A stretch of 63,950 nucleotides of DNA, counting the filler, from Licmophora abbreviata (taxonomy: Eukaryota), in assembly GCA_900291995.1 (NCBI GenBank). It is 8 parts of 8 records of this genome, joined end to end, with 100 filler letters (N's around TTAATTAATTAA, not from the genome) between each part and the next. Parts side by side here need not be neighbours in the genome. Positions count along the whole stretch, not along the records: positions 58,411 to 63,950 come from OLMU01003280.1; 7 more parts are not named here. One strand, written 5' to 3'. Under the pieces are notes generated by a model. It did not search any database. It was not told the origin of the DNA and saw only the letters and a list, made by a program, of their open reading frames with translations. Positions 60,801-63,950 of this stretch are shown one piece after another (position 1 is the stretch's first letter; every line of letters starts with the position of its first letter). Position numbers and translations under genes: made by a program.

Positions 60801-61756
60801 AAGGTCGTGAAAGGAATCACAGGCCCACTGAAGAAGTACATTCTGTCCGAGCTGAATGCGTGGGAGTTCCAGGTTGTCCCCAAGGAAGATGAACACGAAT
60901 GGGTGACACTGTCATTGACTCCTGATTTTTCTGTGTTGGGAAAGAAGCTCGGAAAGAAGATGAAGACTGTACAAGGCATTGTTAAGGGACTATCCCACGA
61001 GGTAAGACAGCGGTCGACAATGGCAAAGTCTAGTCGCGCCATGCTGCGTATGCTGATATTTCCTCATTCATCAAATACGCGCTACTCTCTTTCCCATTTC
61101 AGGAGGCTGTGGCTTGTTTGAACAAAGGGACTCTGGAAGTTGAGGGCGTGACGATTGACGCTGCGACCGAGCTGATTGCCAAGTTTTCTTTCTCCAAAGA
61201 AGGCGACCAATGGGAATCTAACTCCAACCAGGATGGCTCCATGGTGGTTGCCATCGATTGTACCCAGGACGAGGCGATTTTGGCTGCCGGAAGGGCACGC
61301 GACCTTATGAACCATATCCAACAGTTGCGCAAGCGCGCTGGACTGGACCTGACGGACGTTGTGGAGGTGTTCTTTGAAGAGTCGGGCGAAGGAGTTGCCA
61401 CCACAGAGGCCGCAGTTGCCATGAACCTGGCCTTGTTCGAAGCCAAGTTCAAGGGAGCCATTCCCATGCCGCAACGATGTGCACCAGCATGGAGTGTTGT
61501 GCTGGGTAGCAAGACCGTAGATGTAGGAGGCTCCTCTGTTGTTCTGACGATTTGTCGTCCAGCGCTGAGTGCACGAGATGATTTGGATGATCTAGTGACG
61601 AAGTACCTTGCTACGCTGGAGCCGGGGGCGTTGGACTCGGAGCTGACCTGCACTATTGATGGGAAAGGTTTTGTCTTGAAGGAGGGAGAAGATTACTGGA
61701 AGAATGCGCGCGAGAAGGCAAGCGCGTCGAAAACTATCGAGTGGCTGACTGCATAG
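57892..61756 (+). CDS. IARS: Cytosolic isoleucyl-tRNA synthetase; 3 exons, with a spurious gap inside exon 2
   Basis: [46 protein letters not shown]; introns 58012-58123 and 61002-61102. Confidence 0.96.
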
Positions 61757-62082
61757 CCAAAGTCGCAGCTGATGCATGATATGATATGATATGACTTTTT
61801 CTGGAAGTAGAGTAGTGCAATCTCTACTCTCGATCCATGCTTCTGGAAGCGTACCTAGCTTTTAGCGTTGCTTGAAGGTCCTACGGGTGAATCAGCAGGT
61901 TCAACATAATGGTATGCTAGCAAAAGTAGAAGAAACTGCAAGTGACGTGTTCTAGCATCCTGCATCTATGTGGAGAAAGAGACCATCTCAAAATCAGAAT
62001 GGGGGAATGGATCACTTTCAGGCCAGTTTCGCCCCCTGACGTGACCCCCCATAAAAACGATAATGCCAATGATAAATGACAA

Positions 62083-63950
62083 ATGACCGCAGATCAGTAC
62101 AAACGCTGTAGAAGCTACGATACAGCGGACACAGTTTCGCACGAACGCCCAATAACCAATAACACCTCCAAGTTCAACGGCGGGGGTCGAGTTGGTGCAG
62201 GAACGCGCGCGGACACGGCAAAGCGAAAGAACAAACAATCCGCAAAGATGACCTTGATGGCCGCGATGAACAGCCCCTCGTTTCGTACGGACGCTCCCGC
62301 GATGTGGAAGCCGGAGCGTGAAAACAACGAGGAGATCGTTTATGAGGTGGATGAAGTGGGAGATCCATCACTGGCGGTGATTCAAGCCAACGTTCCTCTC
62401 GTTCCTCAGTCTACCCCGACGCTGGCAGCACAAGCCTTGGCAATCACGAGCCAGGAATGGAGCGCCCTGGGACTCGGGGTAGATCCCAATGTGGCAGCAT
62501 CATCCAATCTCACCGTGACTGTTGAGAGGCTTGTGTCCTTGGTGCTCGTTCGGATAGTGGCGATCGTCTCGCACCGGGAGAACGCCAAAGCTGAAGGAGA
62601 AATTCAGAAATCGACCTACGCAGACTTATCCACGACTACAATCTGCAAGACTGCTCTGAATCTAGCAAGGCCATGGAAGAAACCGATATCGGCGACACTA
62701 ATTTCACAGCTGCGTACCTACATTCATCGCATCTTCGAGCAGTACCAGTCAGTCTCGTACCACAATTTCGAACACGCATATCATGTGACGATCAGTACGA
62801 ACAAACTGCTGGACTTGATTCTCTGCGAAGAATCTGATCGCAAAGGCCTCTCTAGACCGACGTATGGCCTGAAGTATGATCCACTATCTCAGCTAGCGCT
62901 CGTCTTCTCTGCCATTGTACACGATGTCGAGCATCAAGGGATCTCGAACCGTCAGCTCGTCATGGAGTCAGACGAACTTGCCCTCCTATACAATGATCAG
63001 AGTGTGGCAGAGCAGCGATCTTTGGCGATTGCCTTTTCCGAGCTGCGAAAAGAAGAGTTCCAGCTGTTGCGAGAGGTTATATTTGAGACGTCAGAAGATT
63101 ACCGGCGCTTTCGCAAGGCAGTCATTAACCTGGTCCTCTCTACAGATATTGCCAGTCCCGAACGAACGCAGCTGGTCAAATCCAAGTGGAAAGAGGCATT
63201 TGGGGATACCAAAGAGTCCATAGAGCGAAAGGAGCGCCTTGAAATATCCCGTCGATCCGTCTTTCAGGCTATGGCCGCTGCTAAACAAGCAAATAGCAAA
63301 GCAAGTTCGAGCGGCCCAACCTCCTCCACGCAGTCGCTGCCCACTACGTGGGACAGTGACACGAAGCTACACTCCCCATCTGCTCTTATCCCACACATTC
63401 CACGTCGTCCAAAGCAGACTGCGCGGAAGGAAGGAGGAAGCACTACGTCATTGCTTTCCGCAAACTCCTTGGTCACGACGGGACGAAGCTCCAATTCCGT
63501 CATGGCACAGTTTAGTGAACTGACTTTGGATGCAGGTGTGTTTTCGCGGCGAAATGATGTTGGCTTGGGATCATTTGACGAGGAAGTTAGTCCTTCTGTC
63601 ACGCCAGAAAGCTCGGCCTACGACGGTCTGGAGCCCTTGACAGTTCGAAATTCACTTAGCCGTTCCTTTGAGACAGAACGGCATTCCAATCTGGCAAACA
63701 GAACAAGTCGATCCTTTGAAGACTTACAGGAGGCGACGACCGAGGACGAAGCGGAGGACGAAGAGATTGAACCCACGGGCCTGAGCCTGAATCGCGCCAT
63801 TTCGGGAGACTCATATCTGTCAACCGCAACGACAGTACCACGCCCGCCCACCCGAGTACATAGTTTGAGCACCAGCGAGCATACAGACAAGCGGAAGCTT
63901 CGAGGGATGCTGTCGCGACGATTCTCGTCACCAGATATTTTGAACAGAAA
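62083..63950 (+). CDS. Class I cyclic-nucleotide phosphodiesterase, runs off the window end (missing from the ORF track)
   Basis: Open frame from 62083: YHNFEHAYHV, AIVHDVEHQGISN, LYNDQSVAEQRS, LVLSTDIASPER, followed by a long S/E-rich segment. Confidence 0.88.
   Translation, partial: MTADQYKRCRSYDTADTVSHERPITNNTSKFNGGGRVGAGTRADTAKRKNKQSAKMTLMAAMNSPSFRTDAPAMWKPERENNEEIVYEVDEVGDPSLAVIQANVPLVPQSTPTLAAQALAITSQEWSALGLGVDPNVAASSNLTVTVERLVSLVLVRIVAIVSHRENAKAEGEIQKSTYADLSTTTICKTALNLARPWKKPISATLISQLRTYIHRIFEQYQSVSYHNFEHAYHVTISTNKLLDLILCEESDRKGLSRPTYGLKYDPLSQLALVFSAIVHDVEHQGISNRQLVMESDELALLYNDQSVAEQRSLAIAFSELRKEEFQLLREVIFETSEDYRRFRKAVINLVLSTDIASPERTQLVKSKWKEAFGDTKESIERKERLEISRRSVFQAMAAAKQANSKASSSGPTSSTQSLPTTWDSDTKLHSPSALIPHIPRRPKQTARKEGGSTTSLLSANSLVTTGRSSNSVMAQFSELTLDAGVFSRRNDVGLGSFDEEVSPSVTPESSAYDGLEPLTVRNSLSRSFETERHSNLANRTSRSFEDLQEATTEDEAEDEEIEPTGLSLNRAISGDSYLSTATTVPRPPTRVHSLSTSEHTDKRKLRGMLSRRFSSPDILNR

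Overview
This is gene-dense eukaryotic nuclear DNA, almost certainly from a diatom: it has short GT-AG introns, ASAFAP-type bipartite plastid presequences, Lhcr antenna genes and a silicanin-family gene. It is a draft scaffold with seven artificial 100-nt gap spacers (Ns around TTAATTAATTAA) and at least three probable single-base homopolymer frameshifts. About 33 protein-coding genes can be supported. Housekeeping genes include clathrin heavy chain, IleRS, RPL37A, Snf7/Vps32, Vps25, SDS22, ALG14, GDP-L-fucose synthase, USP32-like, Era and a 3R-MYB factor. A small plastid/redox group comprises two head-to-head Lhcr genes, a GrxB-type glutaredoxin and an RPH1-like gene. The most interesting uncharacterised items are: (i) a putative transcription factor with two tandem copies of an unassigned C-x2-C-x9-C-x5-H-x3-PW zinc-finger-like module; (ii) an acidic, non-NQ silicanin variant; (iii) a signal-peptide-bearing, degenerate Sey1/RHD3-like protein; (iv) a palindromic MYB site plus three CHR-like TTTGAA elements upstream of the MYB3R gene; and (v) two catalytically intact SGNH paralogues among glycan-related genes. 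No rRNA, tRNA, CRISPR array or clear mobile element was found. Family assignments come from motif recognition by eye, not from database searches.
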